Assembly: GCA_012295275.1 (NCBI GenBank) | Contig: CM022669.1 | Coordinates: 496,001 to 560,000 of the forward strand | DNA: 64,000 nucleotides | Reading direction: 5' to 3' | Origin: Chrysomallon squamiferum | Lineage: Eukaryota > Animalia > Mollusca | In this document: piece by piece, positions 44,016-57,981 of the stretch | How positions within the stretch are numbered: the first letter of the stretch is position 1 | Layout of the letters: the number at the start of each line of letters is the position of its first letter | Translations under genes and position numbers: made by a program | The notes under the pieces: generated by a model | The model's input: only the letters and a program-made list of their open reading frames with translations | Told to the model about the DNA's origin: nothing | The model's database searches: none

Positions 44016-45207
44016 GTTTTTTTGTTATTACTGTTCTTGCTGAGGATAAGCAATTAAATATTGTGTATGTCGAACCTTGGTTGTAATTAATTTTAAATTA
44101 ATAATAATAATAATAATAATAATATCGTGTCTTCTTCATTATTTTCAGGTAGCCGTTTTCATGAATGTTTTAATTTTTTTTTAAAAATCATTGAAGATGG
44201 TTGAACTCATATGGAAGATTACAATTACAAATAGTAAAAAAAAAAAAAAAAAAAAAAAAAAATGTATACCAAATAAAGAAATACTTTGTTAACTGTCACG
44301 TACCTTGCCCTTGAAGCCTTTGTTCCCTGCTGTTTTCCATTTCAGTGATTTTCCTGATAACATTTGTGTGCATCTTGAAAACATCGTGACGGACAACTCT
44401 CTCGGTCTGATTCCTACCCCGGTTCTGTTACTTTCTACGCGTAGTTTGGCTGGAAATCCGATCACCCAGACTGACCTGTGACGTATGATTAATATCTGGT
44501 TATGTACATCGACAAAAAGTCATTCAAGTGAAGCAAGATGTGACACTTATTGGTATGCTTCGTCGGGTTTCTTCTTTCAGCCAATTCGCCATGCTTGAAT
44601 AGTTGTGTGAATATTGACTTTACAACGTTTATCCTGGCACTGCAAACAAACAAAATATCAGTAAACCTGACAGTGTGAAGATGATTAAATGAACTAAATT
44701 AAAATTATACTTCACCGTTCAAGTTGTCCCTATCTCTAACATTTTTTTTCAATAACACATAAATCATATACTACCATTTCCTGACTTTTATGTATTTATT
44801 TTCTTACAGTAACGACAAATGACTGTACAAATATAAATTTAAAAAAAAAAAACAACAAAAACCATCCCCAAAAAACCACCAACACACACACACACACACA
44901 GATACATGCATACACACACACACACACGTACATGAGTACATACATACTTAAGTAAACAAATGTACTTTCACATTGTATTATATCGTCATGCAACATAATT
45001 ATAATTTATTTGTTTTGCCAAGGTATAAATAAACGTATACATGCAGACTTTGCTATCTTTTTAACATTATAAAAAACGTATACTAGCAAAACTGTTATTT
45101 TATTAAAGTATGAAGAAACTCCTCCACACACCCCAGTAACTTATAAAAAATAAAGATACGTTTCCTTGAAGATTAATTTTGATACACATTTATATATAAG
45201 TGAAACA

Positions 45208-45241
<34 letters not shown>

Positions 45242-45570
45242 AAGTATGTATTAAATTTGACAGCATAGTTTTTACAATAAATATTATATAAACATGATGA
45301 CATGATCCAGTGTAACGAACAAATCATTGTTAGTGAGTAAATCAGTACAAAATAATTATTAACTTAACTGAAGACAGTTCATTATTTCTGTTCATGAAAA
45401 TAAGACAACATAAATTTAAAAGACTACACGAAACAATAAAAAATATAGATGGGTGCGTCGACATCGAATGAACGAATTTAACAAACTACAAATTATACAA
45501 CACTGTGTTATGTTCCGAGCGCACCGCTAAAATTGAAGCACACAAGTGGATTAGTCTATTAATAAGAAAC

Positions 45571-45669
45571 ATGTTTTCGTGTTTATTGCGTAAGGTTCAA
45601 TCAACGAGCCATTTGTATTCAAATTTACGAATATGCGTGGTCTTGTCTAGTATCGAGTCGTCACAGAAT
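45571..45669 (+). CDS. FXN: Frataxin exon 1 (mitochondrial presequence-like)
   Basis: aaacATG start, MFSCLLRKVQSTSHLYSNLRICVVLSSIESSQN, donor AAT|gtacgt, phase 0 compatible with the next exon. Ser/Leu/Arg-rich and acid-poor. Assigned by splice logic, not homology. Confidence 0.7.
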
Positions 45670-46322
45670 GTACGTTTTATTTATAAATCATAAAAAAAAA
45701 AAAAATTCAGTTTCATATGAGTATCATGATGACTTGGTCACTTAATCATTTTAACGTACATGACGCACATCACCGCATTGTGCAGTAATGACAGGTTACA
45801 ACTTGAACTTATATCAAAACATGGTAATAGGTTCAAGTGAGCCAGAAGGATGTCTGATGATAACTGTGATTTGAAAACTAATAAAAACGCTCGGTGACTG
45901 TAAATCGTAATATTCAAACCAGATATTTTCACTTGACTGAATTCAATTCAGAATTGTAGTGTTGTTGTTGTTGTTATTATTTTAAATCATGAATGAAATA
46001 GCAGTATTACAATTATTAACTTATTACATTCAATGATTCATATATTATGGCATAAATCATTTTGGCTTTTATAAAAGAATTAAATAAATAAATATAATAA
46101 ATAAATAAAGATAGCTGATCCTTAATGTAAAATTTGTTAAATGTCAGAATGTTAATCAGAAAATAATAAAAATAAAATAAAAAATAAAAATAAAAATAAA
46201 GGAAAAAGATGAAAATAAATACATGATGTTGCCAAAAGCTGTGAGTTTGTGTCAATTTTGAAAGACTGTAACCAGTTTTATCTTTGTTGTTATTCAACTA
46301 GTTAAGTTTTCTTTATTTGCAG

Positions 46323-46504
46323 AATGTATCTGCTCAGCTGCATGTACCTCCCCCACATCACCCTGTCACAGAAAGAGAAAACATTGGTACCTGTCTACCA
46401 GGCTGTGTGAGTGTGAGCAGAGGTCATGTGACATCAGCTGCTCACAGTTTCAGTAATTCTCCACAACCCAAGTATTGCACAGACAGCAAGACAGCAAACA
46501 ACAG
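46323..46504 (+). CDS. FXN: Frataxin exon 2
   Basis: Acceptor ttctttatttgcag| and donor AG|gtgaaa, 182 nt open frame NVSAQLHV...KTANN, phase 0 to 2, fits exon 3. Confidence 0.72.
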
Positions 46505-47360
46505 GTGAAATTGATTTTTTTAATATCTCATTAAATAACAGTTATATGAAATATTAACATTATGAACAAAATAAATATTTTCTGATATATTTGGAATGAT
46601 TTGTGGAGATATTTATTTCATTACAATAATTATTTTGAAATATTATCTCATAAATTATTTTCCTTCTGTCATTCTGTTTGTAATATGTAAGTGAAAGTGC
46701 ACGATGACCATAGACCAGTTAGTGTTCATTGCTGCTCAGTAAACCAGTCAAAATGGGTGAAATAACTAATGTCTTAGACATGTATGAGCACAATCCTTTG
46801 AGAAAGTAGAAATAAAACGATTTAGATAGAAAACAGAAAATCTATACATCAGCTTCTTCTGACAGTCTGTTGAGTTCAGCCTAAAATTGCTGCTGGGTTC
46901 TTTGGCTCCATTATATTTTCAAATAAAAAAAGATCTCAAAATAAGTAAATATTAAGTACTTTAAATTTCTGTCTGTTCTGAAAATAGTGTAAGAGAATTA
47001 CTACATCATTCCTGAAGTGTGACATTTAATGTAATCAATAATCTGTCATCTGTTGAATTAAATGAGAACAACCATTCAGTAGTAAAACTTTAAGTCAGAT
47101 GTAAACACTGACATGTATCATTAGCACTGAAATAAGTAACAAGCATTAAAAAAGTCTAAAAGACAGTTCCTGAAAACCTCTGTACAAAAATATTTAGAAA
47201 TGTTTCTTTAAACAAGCACCAGCAGTTACAGAATTCCATCCATTGACCTTTACTAAGTTATTACAAAATGTTTTACTTTTAAGCATTTACTTGTGTGTGT
47301 TTGGTTTTTTAAATAAATTTGTTATTTATTTACTCATTTAATGATTTACTTTTCAATCAG

Positions 47361-47481
47361 TATTTTATCAGAACAGCAGTTTGAAACCATTGTAGAAGAA
47401 ACTCTAATCTCTCTAGTGGAATTTTTTGAAGATCTGCCAGACATGCATGAGATGAATCCAGACTATGATACTTCATACTCA
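47361..47481 (+). CDS. FXN: Frataxin exon 3 (acidic helix 1)
   Basis: Acceptor tttcaatcag| and donor TCA|gtatgt, 121 nt. Encodes ILSEQQFETIVEETLISLVEFFEDLPDMHEMNPDYDTSYS, similar to frataxin AEETLDSLAEFFEDL...DYDVSF. Confidence 0.93.
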
Positions 47482-47983
47482 GTATGTTGAAATTACTTTG
47501 AAATACTTTAGTTTTTATTTAAGATAGCTTATACATTGTTCTAACTTTTAGCTGTTACTGGTTTAGTAGAAATAGTAAGTAGTGAGAGACAACATCATTT
47601 TTATGTTTGCTATTACCCTAATGTAAATACATATTCCTGTTTTTACTAATTAATGATACATAATTTTAAAAAATGGGTCTCATGTCTCAGTGATTTGTCT
47701 TTCAAACAGAAAAAAAATAGATAAGATTGGTAAATGAAAGTGTTGATTATATTACTGAACTTTTTACATAACACAAAGTATGAGCAAAGAGCCATAAATG
47801 CATTTTGAATAACATTTGCAGGTTGAAAATATTTTTGTTTTGCTACCTCAAAATTTGTATGACCTCATACTTGTAGAAATTACATAAATTTGTATGTATG
47901 TGTACCTTTTTATGTATGTATGTATGAATATCTGTATGTATGTATGTATGTAGGTACTACATATATATTATCATTATTATTAA

Positions 47984-48088
<105 letters not shown>

Positions 48089-48395
48089 TGAGTGTGTTTT
48101 TAAAACAAAGCTGTTTCTGTTTTGTGATTTTCTAATATATTAGGTAATAGAAGATTTTTACAACTAGAAATATGACAACTATTCATTAATTTTTAACAGT
48201 GCCAAACACTTTTTGTTTTTCCCAGTGATAAATTCAAGTATCAAAAATAAACATTTTGAAGGAAAAATAATGAGTAGAAAGACATGCTGGAGCCAATTTT
48301 ATTTTTGAGCAGGGAATTTCAAAACTAAATAAATTTTTTAAATTATAATCAATGATTTATAATGAAATCAGATGTTCCTGTTTTTACTGTTTCAG

Positions 48396-48549
48396 TGGAC
48401 CAAAGCGATATGACTTTGTGAAAGATCAGTGGGTTTACAAGCGAGATGGTGTCAGTTTACACAACCTGCTGTCCAGTGAGCTCACTCTGCTACTTCGAGT
48501 TGTCATAGACCTCAGAAACTGTGTCTATGGTCACCCTGTCCCTTTATAA
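48396..48549 (+). CDS. FXN: Frataxin exon 5 (terminal)
   Basis: Acceptor tttttactgtttcag|; encodes GPKRYDFVKDQWVYKRDGVSLHNLLSSELTLLLRVVIDLRNCVYGHPVPL* with TAA at 48547-48549. Joined CDS 654 nt = 217 aa. Confidence 0.96.
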
Positions 48550-48829
48550 GTGTTTAATTACAATTTTTCATGTGGTAACATTTTCTGAAAAACACCAGTG
48601 TAGACTGAAATATACCAGCAAACCATTGTCACTGGCAGCTCGTGTATTTATGTGAAATAATTTCACTTCACTGAAGAGGGCTAGACCTGATGTTGCTGGT
48701 CCAACAAGCTGTTTGATATGTTTCAAATGTTTTTATAAATTTATTTTGCCACCTGTTCACTACTTGTTGTTTTTGTACATTTACTTATTTCATCTTTTGT
48801 AGTACATTGAAATGCATTTTCTTTCATAA

Positions 48830-48835
48830 AATAAA
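48830..48835 (+). terminator. Candidate polyadenylation signal of frataxin
   Basis: AATAAA about 280 nt after the stop, followed by GT/T-rich sequence; other AATAAA copies lie downstream. Confidence 0.4.
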
Positions 48836-49984
48836 TTTGTTGCTGAGTTACATTATTTCAAGATTTTATTTTTATCAGATAATTAAAGCTATGAGAAATT
48901 TCTACATGAAAACAAAGATTCCATCACATTTGTAATGAATTTATCTCTCAGAAAGTAGATAAATAATATAGTTTGTTTTTCATGTAAGAACGTTACAACA
49001 TTTTTATTAATTCTGTTTATACCAGAAAAGACACAACTGTATTGATAAAACTAGACTTAGAAATCTGTAATTTTTTCTTTCTCTGGCAAAATAAAAGTAG
49101 AAAAAAAGTCTTGCTGTCAGTAAAACAAAATGTAGGTAAATAAATAAATAAATTCAAAATCTCTGACAGGCGGGTGCTGATAACAGGACGTTAACCATGG
49201 CACTCTAATGCAGTAGTTTAAAAACAAAAAAAATTCAATTAAAAACAATTTAAAAAATTGAAAACTAAAGTGTTTAATATTCTGCACAAAGTAATAAAAA
49301 TAAATGTTGCATTTTCAACTCCAAGTGATCCTGTTCTTTCATGTAAGAAATAACTATTTGAATTTTTTTTATTTATTCTACATACCTCAATTTTGGTTGA
49401 AGAATAAGCAATAATGGAAAAAAAAAAAATTAATAAAGAAAAACAGGTTTATTAAGAATGTAATGTGCATTTCTGAATTCTAAAACAAATACATTATAAA
49501 TATCTTTATTCATGTTTGGAAATTTATTTATATACTTTTAAAAATTAAGAAAAATTATAACTCACTTTTATATGAATCTTCTTCAAAGTTGAAACCAGTT
49601 TTAATCTGTTGTAAATCTCTTTCAAGCTGGAATGTAAAAAAAAAAAAAAAAAATAAGAACATAATTAAATTACTTTTTTTCATTCTGCCAGTGGGGAACC
49701 TTATTTTATTTTATGTTTATTTTAATTTTAAAGTTACTACATAAGTTAACCTATATTATTATTTTATATATTTTTGTTCTTTGTCTGTGTGTAATAATAA
49801 TTTTTTTTTTTTTTTCCTTTCATTTTCCATACTTTTTAAATACAAGATCAACAATGAATTTGTGTATATTATACCATTTATCAAGATAAAATTTACACAT
49901 TTTTAACTTCTTTTTCTCTCTAAAATATCCTTTATATTTTTTGTTATTAAAAGTCAACTGATGTACAAATCTGAGCTCAAACGC

Positions 49985-51330
49985 TACACTGGTGCATACA
50001 AAAAATGAAACCAGTCCACAGCAGGTTCATTTTTTTTTTTTTTTTTTTTTTTTTATTTTTATTTTTTTTTTATTTTTTTTTGATGGGTGGAGGATATGCA
50101 AAAAAAAGGTAAAACGCACGTGCATGGTGAACAACCACAATTGCACGTGCAAGTGATGTATCGGAATGGTTTAGATGGCATGTTTCACATCCCAGAATGC
50201 ACAAATGACACAACAACGCGAGCAAATTGTGCGCATGATGCAGACAGAAGCTACCCACGTCTTTATTCTTACAACCTTCGTGTGTTCTCGTGTCGCTGGA
50301 ACCAACCTGCTACATCGCTACAGACACCATGCCACGAACTGGCAGACCCAGAGTGACAACGTTCCTCCAGCATCGGTACTTGTGGACCTTGCTTATCTGG
50401 AACAGCGTTCAAACAGTGACGTCATCAACGATGAATGGTTTAGATCACAGACTTAATCGTCAGACAGTGGCCAGGCAACTTAGGAAACACGGGAAGGGAC
50501 TTACCGACCACAGATAGGACTCTTATTGACAGCGCGAAAGCGTCGTCTGAGATTACGAGGGCCCTGACTGTTAAACGTTTGTGCCACATGGTGCAGGGAG
50601 TTTCACAGTGTGGGGATGGATCTGTGGGCAGGAGAGAAACCACTGTCATAGTTAACGGAAGCCTGACCGCTCAAATTATATCGATGATATTTTGCGTCCA
50701 AGAGCAGACAGACGAAGTAATTTGCCAGCACGACAGTGCCAGACCCCATACAACCAGAATCGTACAAAACTTGCTTCGAACCAACAACATCAACGTCACG
50801 TCCTCGATAAAACACACACTTAGATAGATCTCGCGTGCGTCGTACAGCAAAGCTGTCACGTGCTCATCAGCTGACAGTTACGTCATGACACAGGTCAATC
50901 AAAAAATGTCCGAAGATTTATGATAAAGGTTTTGGGTTTCGTCTTACAGCGTGTGTATGTACGACTACATTGTACATTTTCTGGTACCAGCGAACTCGAA
51001 AATGACTGATCTAAAGAATGTAGCGCCAAATTTATTGTTAAATGAGCATACCCGCCGAAAAAACAACAACGATGTAGACCTATCTCTGGCGACATCCATC
51101 CAAATGTCCTGATCTATTCTCCGCCAGAGATAACTCGGGCTAGTTTTAAGGCAAGCAGTGTGACACACGCTATTAATCACACTTGTTTCTGAACCTGACT
51201 GATTCTGCGTGAGCTTTACATGTTGTTCATGAAGTTAAACATTCAGTTTGTACCAACTAACGTTATTATCGGATGTTGTAATTTTTAATGTTTATTACGT
51301 TGACACATTGTTCTTTTCAATGCATTATAC
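49985..51330 (+). mobile_element. Decayed Tc1/mariner DNA transposon (transposase pseudogene)
   Basis: Left end TA|CACTGGTGCATACAAAAAATGAAAC is Tc1 TIR-like. Frameshifted transposase motifs in order: PRTGRPRVTT..QHRY, RQTVARQLRKHG, GAGSFTVWGWI, VIVNGSLTA..YIDDILRP, QHDSARPHT (cf. QQDNARPH). Internal deletions; the right boundary is only approximate. Confidence 0.85.
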
Positions 51331-52599
51331 TTCATGCACACATTTTTATTTATTTATTTATTAACTAGAGTTTGTCAAGACTGGAAAAGTTTATTTTGGC
51401 TGTGTGTGTGTGTGTCTGTGCGTATATACAATGTAAATAAAATTGTTGTTTTAAAAAATAATTTTAATAATTTCAAAAATTTAAGTTATTTTAATAGAGA
51501 TGGCTCAATCATTATGACATCTTTTAACATAAAATATCGCAAAATCATACATACTAATAATCCTTTTAACTTACTTCCTAGTATCGTAAGTACTGTTATC
51601 GTCTTTGGGGATATTTAATGCTAACTTCCACATATGTTTGGTTTAAATAGAAAACGTGCTGGTAAAGTACATACATCTGACATCTTGAATGACGTCGTCT
51701 TGGTAACGTGGTTGTTGTAAAATTGTTATTCATAAATTAGAGTAAACTAGCGAGTACTGACTAAATTAAAAATAAATAAATAAATAAACAAAAAAAAAAA
51801 ACAGATAAATAAACTAATAAATAAAATAAACAAATAAATAATTGTATACATTTAAAACTCGTTTTTGAAGTCTCCTATATTATCTGCCCTATTTTGATAA
51901 TCTTCAATTAAATGGCGGCCAAAAATATGTTTTCTTACCAATTCCTTTGTTAAAAAAGTCAGTAACACGAACAAACATGTATTAATTTTGTAAGTAATAA
52001 GAAATCTGTATTATATTATTATTAGTCATAATGTTACGTTTTGATTTTTGCCATCGCCTGATTCTCACATACCTGTTTATTTTTAGTCCGAAGAGTGGTG
52101 ACAGTAAATCACCTTTAGAAACAAACTCGATACTTTTTAGTCTTAACAAGAACAATGACTAATCCTATCTTTCTAACCTGTCACTCTGCTCTTATTAATT
52201 GAAACCAACAAGTTAGTAGGACGCCATCTTTTTACATTTGTGGTGACGTCACATAATGTGATACATTTATTTATGTTTTATCGAGTGAGTAAACTTTTGC
52301 ATTGAATTTTTGTTCATTTAATCATTATAAAATATTTTCTTTTCCGTTTCCTTTTGGTAATGTTATTATATACTGGATTCTTTTCTATTCTTTTTTTTCT
52401 TTCTTTCTTTCTTAATTTCTTTTTTTTATTATTTTTTTGTTGCTTTTTCTTTCTGCATGTTGAGTTGTTTCAGATGGTTTTCAGTTTATAATGTTGCATT
52501 TTGTTTTTATAAATGATTTCGATAGAATGCCACTGTTGTAGAATCTAAGATGGTGGTTTAATTTAAATAAAAGAAATATATATATATATTAATACAATT

Positions 52600-53535
52600 A
52601 GATAGTTTATTTTAATATTATCAGCTATTTTATTTTAATATAGTCAGCTGTATTATTTTAATATAATCAGATATTTCATTTTAACAATCAAATATTTATT
52701 TTAACATAATTAAACATTTTAATATAATAAGTTATTTTATTTTAACATAATCAGATATTGTATCTTAATATAATTAACTATTTTATTTTAATATAGTCAG
52801 CTATTTTATTTTAACATAATCATATATTTTATTTTAACAAAATCAGATGATTTATTTTAAGATAATCAGATGTTTTATTTTAACATAATAAGCTGTTTTA
52901 TTTTAACATAATAAGAGGTTTTATTTTTAAGTAAATAAATATTTTATTTTAACATAATCAGATGTTTTATTTTAACACAATCAGATGTTTTATTTTAACA
53001 TAATCAGATGTTTTGTTTTAGTATAATCAGATGTTTTATTTTAGTACAATCAGATGTTTTCTTTTAGTATGATGTTTTGTTTTAGTATAATCAGGTGTTT
53101 TGTTTTAGTATAATCAGATGTTTTATTTTAGTATAATCAGATGTTTTATTTTAGTATAATCAGATGTTTTGTTTTAGTATAATCAGGTGTTTTGTTGTAG
53201 TATAATCAGATGTTTTATTTTAGTATAATCAGATGTTTTATTTTAATATAATCAGATGTTTTGTTTTATTATAATCAGATGTTTTATTTTAGTATAATCA
53301 GATATTTTATTTTAGTATAATCAGATGTTTTGTTTTAGTATAATCAGATGTTTTATTCTAGTATCATCAGATGTTTTGTTTTATTATAATCAGATATTTT
53401 CTTTTAGTATAATCAGATGTTTTATTTAGTATAATCAGATGTTTTGTTTTAGTATAATCAGATGTTTTATTTTAGTAGAATCAGATGTTTTGTTTTAGTA
53501 TTATCAGATGTTTTATGTTAGTACAATCAGATACT
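52600..53535. repeat. 23 bp minisatellite, about 40 copies
   Basis: Unit AGTATAATCAGATGTTTTATTTT, degenerate at left and more homogeneous at right. Confidence 0.93.
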
Positions 53536-53826
53536 TGATTTTATTACTTTATCTGATTAGACTGCTGGTTTCTGTCAGCTCGTTCCTGTTCAGTACTCTC
53601 TGTTTCACCTCTCGCTGGTCTTTCTTTGTGTTCTGTGGTAACTGACACTGTCCACCTGTTGTCTTCTGTTACACTCGTGTGTCCTGCCATGCACTGTTTT
53701 CTTTTACTCACTTTTTTATTTACTCACTGGTTCCGTTATTCACTGATTTATCAAGTGAATATTAATCAGATTACTCCATTATACGGATTCATTTTTTCAT
53801 TAGTTGATTCATTCAGTTAACAATAA

Positions 53827-53869
<43 letters not shown>

Positions 53870-55050
53870 ATACGTAAATAAAATAAAATAAAATAGAATA
53901 AAATAAAATAAAAAGAGTCATTGATATCTAACATCAGGAATGTTCACTCTTGTCAATGGATATAAAACTGTCAGTGTTGTTTATCTTGTGTTTTCCTGGC
54001 TGAAAGATGACACAAACACGAGTTTCGTTACAAACAAAGGAGTATTCAATTACAACTGCGTCTTGGTTTACCACAAAAATGTGACCAGAACATTACACGC
54101 GCCACCGTTAACATTCAGTGAATTACTGCATACCACGTGTACACTGTCCTGTGCACAACAGCTTACATTACACACAAACACGTTAGTGCTTGTAGTAGTT
54201 AATATTAGTAGCTGTTGTTCTGGTAGTAGTAGTGGTAGTAGTAGTAGTGAAGGTGGTGGTGGTAGTAGTAGTAGTAGTGGTAGTTGTATAGCTATACTGC
54301 TCGTAGTAACTGATATAGCAGTTTACATGCATACATACATAATACCATGTTATCTCGGTAGATAGACAGACATACATAGTATCAAATGCAGACGACAAGT
54401 TCTAACTACACAGGCAGTGCGCGTGCACCACACCCATGCCAGTGACAGTGTGACATTGACATTACTTGTACAACATTTTACTCATGTTACTCGAGAAGAG
54501 TCTACGAACCCATTTCCGTGACACGACACAGACACTTGAGCCGCATCAATGAAACATTATCTATATTTATAACAACTACGCAAAACGTAAAACATTATTT
54601 CCTTACTTTCGGTTTCCCGATGTTGCTGCACTTCAAAACTACGGTAGGCAGTTGGGGTCACCTGAGACTGGCAAACACTTGCTGTGTAGGCAGATTCTCT
54701 CTTACAGTGAGAGTAAGTTTATAATTTAAGTGGCTCTTATTTCCATTATAAAATCATACGAGTTAATATAATCATACACTGACTTGTGCATTTGTTTTAC
54801 TGTGATTTAGCAATGTCTAGATCCTACTGTGATGCCCATATTAAGGATTTAAAATCGAATCCTGGATATATATATATAATGTAACGTGACGATTGCTTTT
54901 TGAGCAAGTGACTTGTTAAAGACTGCTAAGTGTGTCAGTTGTACCTGACTGACTGACAGATCAGTCAATGTTTTTTTTTTTTTTTTTTTTTTTTTGAAAT
55001 AACTTATGTGTATTTATTTACGTACTTACTTTTTTCTTGTTTTTCTTCTT

Positions 55051-55113
<63 letters not shown>

Positions 55114-55356
55114 TTATTTATTTATTTATTTATTTATTTTATTTTATTATTTTATTATTATTAATATTTTTCTTCTTAAATATTTTTGAGATTCATGAAA
55201 GGAACAGTACTGTTTCAAAGATACCATCACCGGTCTCCCGTAGCCTGTCAATAATACATGAACAATACGAATGGGATATCCGTAGTTTTGTATCTCGTTC
55301 TTTCCTACGCATACCGCGGTGACGCATATTTACGTGGTCTCAGCAGCGCTCAGATG

Positions 55357-55364
55357 TATAAAAG
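55357..55364 (+). promoter_or_regulatory. TATA box of the VWA-domain gene
   Basis: TATAAAAG in a GC-richer context 70 nt upstream of the ATG at 55427, which would place the start site near 55385-55390. Confidence 0.7.
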
Positions 55365-55426
55365 ACAGACGTTGTGTACCACCAGCACAACGTGATCGAC
55401 GCGTTACGAGATAAACAGAAGTAACA

Positions 55427-55459
55427 ATGCTGTTGTCACTGTTTGTTGTCTGTTCAGCT
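55427..55459 (+). CDS. Secreted triple-VWA protein exon 1 (signal peptide)
   Basis: acaATG start, MLLSLFVVCSA, donor |gtaagt, phase 0. Confidence 0.85.
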
Positions 55460-55879
55460 GTAAGTATATTTATATACACAGATAACAGTTAAACCGGGAA
55501 GTCGGGTTCTCGTGTGTAATGAATTTAAAAATAAATTATTTGGGTCAATTTTATACACGATTAATTTACGACACCCATCTGTTTGTTTCAGTTTGGATTA
55601 ACTTACATTTATTTAAAGTAAACGCTGACCACACTTTATTTAAATTAATATATAAACTATTACTTTATATATAAATATATAAATGTATTACTTTTAATAA
55701 ATATGTACAACTGAAACCACCTGCTTGCAAATGGTCAAATACATGTTTTTATGATGACAAATGTACATTTATTTTATCTCAGTGTGATTATGTTTACATG
55801 ATTAACGAATATTCATCTGTTAGACTTGTGTTTACAAAGGTACATGAAGTTATAATTGTTCACGTTGTTTTTAATTCAG

Positions 55880-55907
55880 ATTCTCCCGTCAGTGTTCGGC
55901 CGATCAG
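55880..55907 (+). CDS. Secreted triple-VWA protein exon 2 (28-nt micro-exon, end of signal peptide)
   Basis: Acceptor ttttaattcag|, ILPSVFGRS(G), donor CAG|gtaagt. Phase 0 to 1 restores the frame into exon 3. Confidence 0.85.
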
Positions 55908-56219
55908 GTAAGTTTACACTTTTTTTGTGATAATTTATGTATCAGATAATACTTCCTAATAGTACAAACAGTTTACTGAGTAATCTGTATAATTAATGTA
56001 CTCACGATTTATAATTTGGAATAAAGCAGATAAATATAAAAATAGACAAAAATAAAATAAAATAAAATAAAATAAAAAACAGAATAATGTGAATAAAAAA
56101 CAAAAAACCTAAACCCCCAAATCCACAACAACCAAAGAAAGCTTTTTTTACTTTTTTTATTTATATTTTTTTATTGATTATAACGACTATTTAGAAGCTA
56201 TTTTGTTTGTCTGTATCAG

Positions 56220-56804
56220 GAGCAGTGATATGTGGGCGGCCTGCGGACATCGTGTTTGTCCTGGACACCTCGTCCAGCATCTGGCCAGTAGACTTCGACA
56301 AGTACGTGAAACCTTTCGTTAAGAACGTCAGTGCTATGCTCGACATCGGACCTTCCTCCTCCCAGAGTCGCGTGGGCGTGGTCACGTACAGCAGCCACAT
56401 CAACCACAAATTCTATCTTGAAGATCACCTCTCCTGGAGGTCTTTGGAACGAGCCATCGATGACATCCCGTACGTTCACGGAAACACATACACGCATCAC
56501 GCACTCCAGTTCATGGCCAACAAAATGTTTATCACAGAAAACGGAGCTCGGAGTTACGCACCTCACATTGCCATCGTCGTCACCGATGGTTTGTCCACTG
56601 AGCCGTGGCTGACGAAGAGGGCGGCCGAATACGCCCGGTCTCGGGGGATCCAGCTGTTTGCTATTGGTGTTGGTTCAGAGGCGAAGCTGGACGGAGAACT
56701 CAGTGATATCGGGAACGACCAGCGCGGGAATTTCACTTTCCACGTGAAAAACGTGAGAGCTCTTCACACCATTAAAAGAACACTCGCTCTTAGGACGTGC
56801 GTTG
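56220..56804 (+). CDS. Triple-VWA protein exon 3: VWA domain 1 (matrilin/collagen VI-like)
   Basis: CGRPADIVFVLDTSSSI (MIDAS DxSxS), SRVGVVTYS, GNTYT, IAIVVTDG, LFAIGVG, ending RTC; donor G|gtaagt; phase 1/1. Confidence 0.95.
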
Positions 56805-56922
56805 GTAAGTTTTTCATCTTATTTTGTTAATTATATGTTTTTGTTAATCCTGTTTTCCTAACTATTGAATGTTTCCACCCTGACTATATTCTGCCTAACT
56901 TGCGGTCTTCTTTTTGTTGCAG

Positions 56923-56985
56923 TAACAACACCATCACCTCCAACTACAACAGATTTGGTGAAAGACAAACCAGATGCTGCCGAAT
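56923..56985 (+). CDS. Triple-VWA protein exon 4: Thr/Pro-rich linker
   Basis: Acceptor tttttgttgcag|, (V)TTPSPPTTTDLVKDKPDAAE, donor T|gtaagt; 63 nt, phase 1/1. Confidence 0.85.
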
Positions 56986-57292
56986 GTAAGTATTTCAGTT
57001 TGATGACGTCATTAAAACTTTCGTATTGACCTGATAATAATATCTGTACCACTACTACTACTTCTACTGCTACTACTATTATTACTATTATTGATGCTAC
57101 TATTACTACTACCAGTACTACTATTTCTATTAATTACTACTACTACTACTACAACTGCCAATACTACTACTACTAATAATAATAATAAAATAATAATAAT
57201 ATAACTAATACTATTACTACTATTGCTATCGGTATTATTACTATTGTTGTTGTAGTTTTTGTTCTACTGATAGTGTTATTGTTGTTTTGCAG

Positions 57293-57880
57293 ACTGTGGA
57301 GGTAAACCAGCAGATGTTTACTTCCTGCTGGACTGCTCAAACAGTATTTGGATACACGACTTCAACAGAAGAATGATCACTTTCGTCCGCCAGATGATTA
57401 AAATATTCGACATTGGTCCCAGCAAAACCCGGATTGGCGTCATCACCTTTTCTACTCACCACAAAACAATAACCCCGCTCCAGCGCTTCACAACACGTGA
57501 CTCGCTCCTTCGATCCATAACGCCCCACAACATAAAATACTGCGGCGGTCAAACCAACACCGACGCTGCTATTGCCTACGTGAGAGACCACGGGTTCAAA
57601 ACTCGGCCTGGCGTGGCTCACATCATGGTTGTCGTCACAGACGGCGTCTCGTCTAACCCGGCGCGGACGCGAAGGGAGGCAGCGGTCGCCAGGAGGAGCG
57701 GCATCTACGTGTTCGCGGTGGGGGTGGGGCAGAGCGTCGACACGGGTGAACTGAGGGACATCGCCAGCTCGCCTGCTCGGCAGTTCATGTTCATGGTTTC
57801 AAACTTCCGCGCTCTGGCCAGCATAAGAGACGTCCTCGCCATTAGAACGTGCAAGATCCAGCTTCCAGCAGACCAGCCAC
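57293..57880 (+). CDS. Triple-VWA protein exon 5: VWA domain 2
   Basis: (Y)CGGKPADVYFLLDCSNSIW...TRIGVITFS...GGQTNT...VVTDG...VFAVGVG...RTC; acceptor gttttgcag| and donor C|gtgagt; phase 1/1. Confidence 0.95.
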
Positions 57881-57946
57881 GTGAGTTGTCTGATGTCTCA
57901 GTTCAGTTAGCAAATAGTTAATCCTAGAAATATATTTCAGTATATG

Positions 57947-57981
<35 letters not shown>

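Noticed and set aside
45670-46322. Friedreich-type GAA repeat in frataxin intron 1
   Set aside because: None is present; only poly-A and short GTT/AAAAT runs.
50175-50827. Active or domesticated transposase
   Set aside because: Multiple frameshifts and deletions, catalytic motifs incomplete, and no clear right TIR.
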